From Flavobacteriales bacterium (GTDB lineage Bacteria > Bacteroidota > Bacteroidia > UBA10329), in the NCBI GenBank assembly GCA_021739695.1, contig JAIPBM010000021.1, positions 4,472-68,471 of the forward strand: 64,000 bases of DNA, given 5' to 3'. The translations under genes and the position numbers were made by a program. Numbering within the stretch: the stretch's first letter is position 1; each line of letters begins with the position of its first letter. Below are positions 63,136-64,000 of the stretch, in pieces. Below the pieces are notes generated by a model. It saw nothing but the letters and a program-made list of their open reading frames with translations. It was not told the DNA's origin and ran no database searches.

Positions 63136-64000
63136 GTGAGCAATACATTGACCCAGCACATTCAGAAAGCGATCTCCAACCTATATGGTACGGAGCTAGG
63201 TGAGGAACAGATCCAACTTCAAAAGACCAGAAAGGAATTTGAAGGCGATATGACCTTGGTGGTGTTTCCGCTTTTGCGCGTTTCCAAAGGTTCTCCCGAA
63301 CAAACAGGGCAGCAAATTGGAGAAGCATTAGTTGCGGCTGTTGATCATGTCGAAAGTTTCAACGTCATCAAAGGCTTTCTCAATCTTTCGTTCACTGCCA
63401 GTTATTGGTTGGATAAATTGACCGAAATGCAGGCATCCGAAGCTTACGGTTTCCGAGCCAAAGGCGAACACAGCCGAAACGTGATGGTTGAGTATTCTTC
63501 ACCGAACACAAATAAGCCGCTTCATTTGGGACACATCCGAAACAACCTTCTCGGTTATTCGGTGTCGGAAATTTTGAAGGCCAACGGCCACACGGTACAG
63601 AAGGTGCAGGTAATTAACGACCGCGGCATCCACATCTGCAAAAGCATGTTGGCTTGGCAGAAGTTTGGTAATGGCGAAACGCCACAATCTTCTGGATTGA
63701 AAGGCGATAAGCTGGTTGGGAAGTATTACGTTGAGTTTGATAAACGATACAAAGCTGAGATTGCAGAACTTATCGAAGCAGGAAAAACCAAGGAAGAAGC
63801 CGAAGCGCAAGCACCTATTATAATAGAAGCGCGCGAAATGCTTTTGAAATGGGAAGCAGATGACGCGGAGGTCCGCGAACTTTGGTCTACCATGAACGCT
63901 TGGGTTTACGAAGGCTTTGATGCTACCTACGATCGCTTAGGAGTTGACTTCGACAAACTCTACTACGAAAGCAATACCTATTTAATAGGTAAAGAATTGG
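63136..64000 (+). CDS. argS: arginine--tRNA ligase (5' partial; continues beyond the window)
   Basis: Read manually in frame: IQKAISNLYGTELGEEQIQLQKTRKEFEGDMTLVVFPLL followed by the class I HIGH region (VEYSSPNTNKPLHLGHIRNNLLG). Non-ATG start, GTG at 63136 or TTG at 63148. Not in the ORF track. Confidence 0.8.
   Translation, partial: MSNTLTQHIQKAISNLYGTELGEEQIQLQKTRKEFEGDMTLVVFPLLRVSKGSPEQTGQQIGEALVAAVDHVESFNVIKGFLNLSFTASYWLDKLTEMQASEAYGFRAKGEHSRNVMVEYSSPNTNKPLHLGHIRNNLLGYSVSEILKANGHTVQKVQVINDRGIHICKSMLAWQKFGNGETPQSSGLKGDKLVGKYYVEFDKRYKAEIAELIEAGKTKEEAEAQAPIIIEAREMLLKWEADDAEVRELWSTMNAWVYEGFDATYDRLGVDFDKLYYESNTYLIGKEL

Noticed and set aside
63059-63810. Two minus-strand ORFs (89 and 103 aa)
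   Set aside because: They overlap the region read in-frame as argS (HIGH motif present on the plus strand).
1-64000. Searched for CRISPR arrays, transposases, integrases, phage genes and reverse transcriptases
   Set aside because: No regularly spaced 28-37-bp direct repeats with unique spacers. No ORF with transposase, integrase or RT motifs. The only periodic repeats are the 21-bp arrays with no spacer-like unique inserts. No mobile element is supported.

Overview
This 64 kb window reads as Bacteroidota chromosome, most likely a Flavobacteriia- or Cryomorphaceae-like organism. The evidence is a fused CcoN-CcoO cbb3 oxidase, several T9SS C-terminal sorting domains, DUF1573 and DUF1599 genes, candidate TAnnTTTG -7 promoter boxes, and a background GC of roughly 40-45%. 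It is densely coding, with no transposase, integrase or CRISPR. Nothing here stands out as a clearly novel system; the findings below are unexplained or unusual structures worth follow-up.

- **1-7.7 kb:** a complete cbb3 oxidase biogenesis operon. Order is ccoS, fused ccoNO, a ccoQ-like gene, monoheme ccoP, ccoG, fixH, a TauE/SafE-like gene, then a translationally coupled hemN.
- **7.7-10.4 kb (minus strand):** a multi-PAS hybrid histidine kinase, convergent on hemN.
- **10.5-30 kb:** housekeeping genes. These include proline dehydrogenase, an aminotransferase, a DUF1343 (NamZ-like) protein, an FtsX permease, cdaA, two phospholipid-related enzymes, a SAM-dependent methyltransferase, folP, DUF1599, a DoxX protein, an ABC permease, tpiA and prmA. 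A small RelE/ParE-type toxin-antitoxin pair is wedged between the methyltransferase and folP.
- **25.6-30.1 kb:** a 1472-aa secreted protein I cannot assign, followed by tRNA-Arg(ACG) with its own terminator.
- **30.2-50.1 kb, the most accessory-like region:**
  - two tandem YwqK/MORN-repeat lipoproteins;
  - three giant T9SS cargo adhesins of 1633, about 1415 and 1128 aa, built from SprB-type and PKD repeats;
  - one adhesin carries an internal CBM4/9-like insert inside a roughly 2 kb block of anomalous GC and codon usage;
  - another adhesin starts with an L-type lectin domain;
  - the remaining genes are an M15 peptidase coupled to the first adhesin, a T9SS-sorted thioredoxin-like protein, guaA, a LysM-PBP protein and hemF.
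- **50.1-64 kb:** a LolA-like gene, ftsK, a lipoprotein, arginine decarboxylase, a GNAT-carbon-nitrogen-hydrolase fusion, two uncharacterised secreted proteins, two arginine-deiminase-superfamily genes and the 5' part of argS.

The most unusual non-coding structure is a 640-bp gene-free stretch at 59.8-60.44 kb. It holds two strictly 21-bp-periodic repeat arrays (cores GTTCnGAAC and TTGAATCC) and a perfect 10-bp inverted repeat. This stretch lies between the stop of the deiminase operon and a minus-strand terminator. A GC-rich palindromic island upstream of proline dehydrogenase is a second candidate structured or regulatory element.
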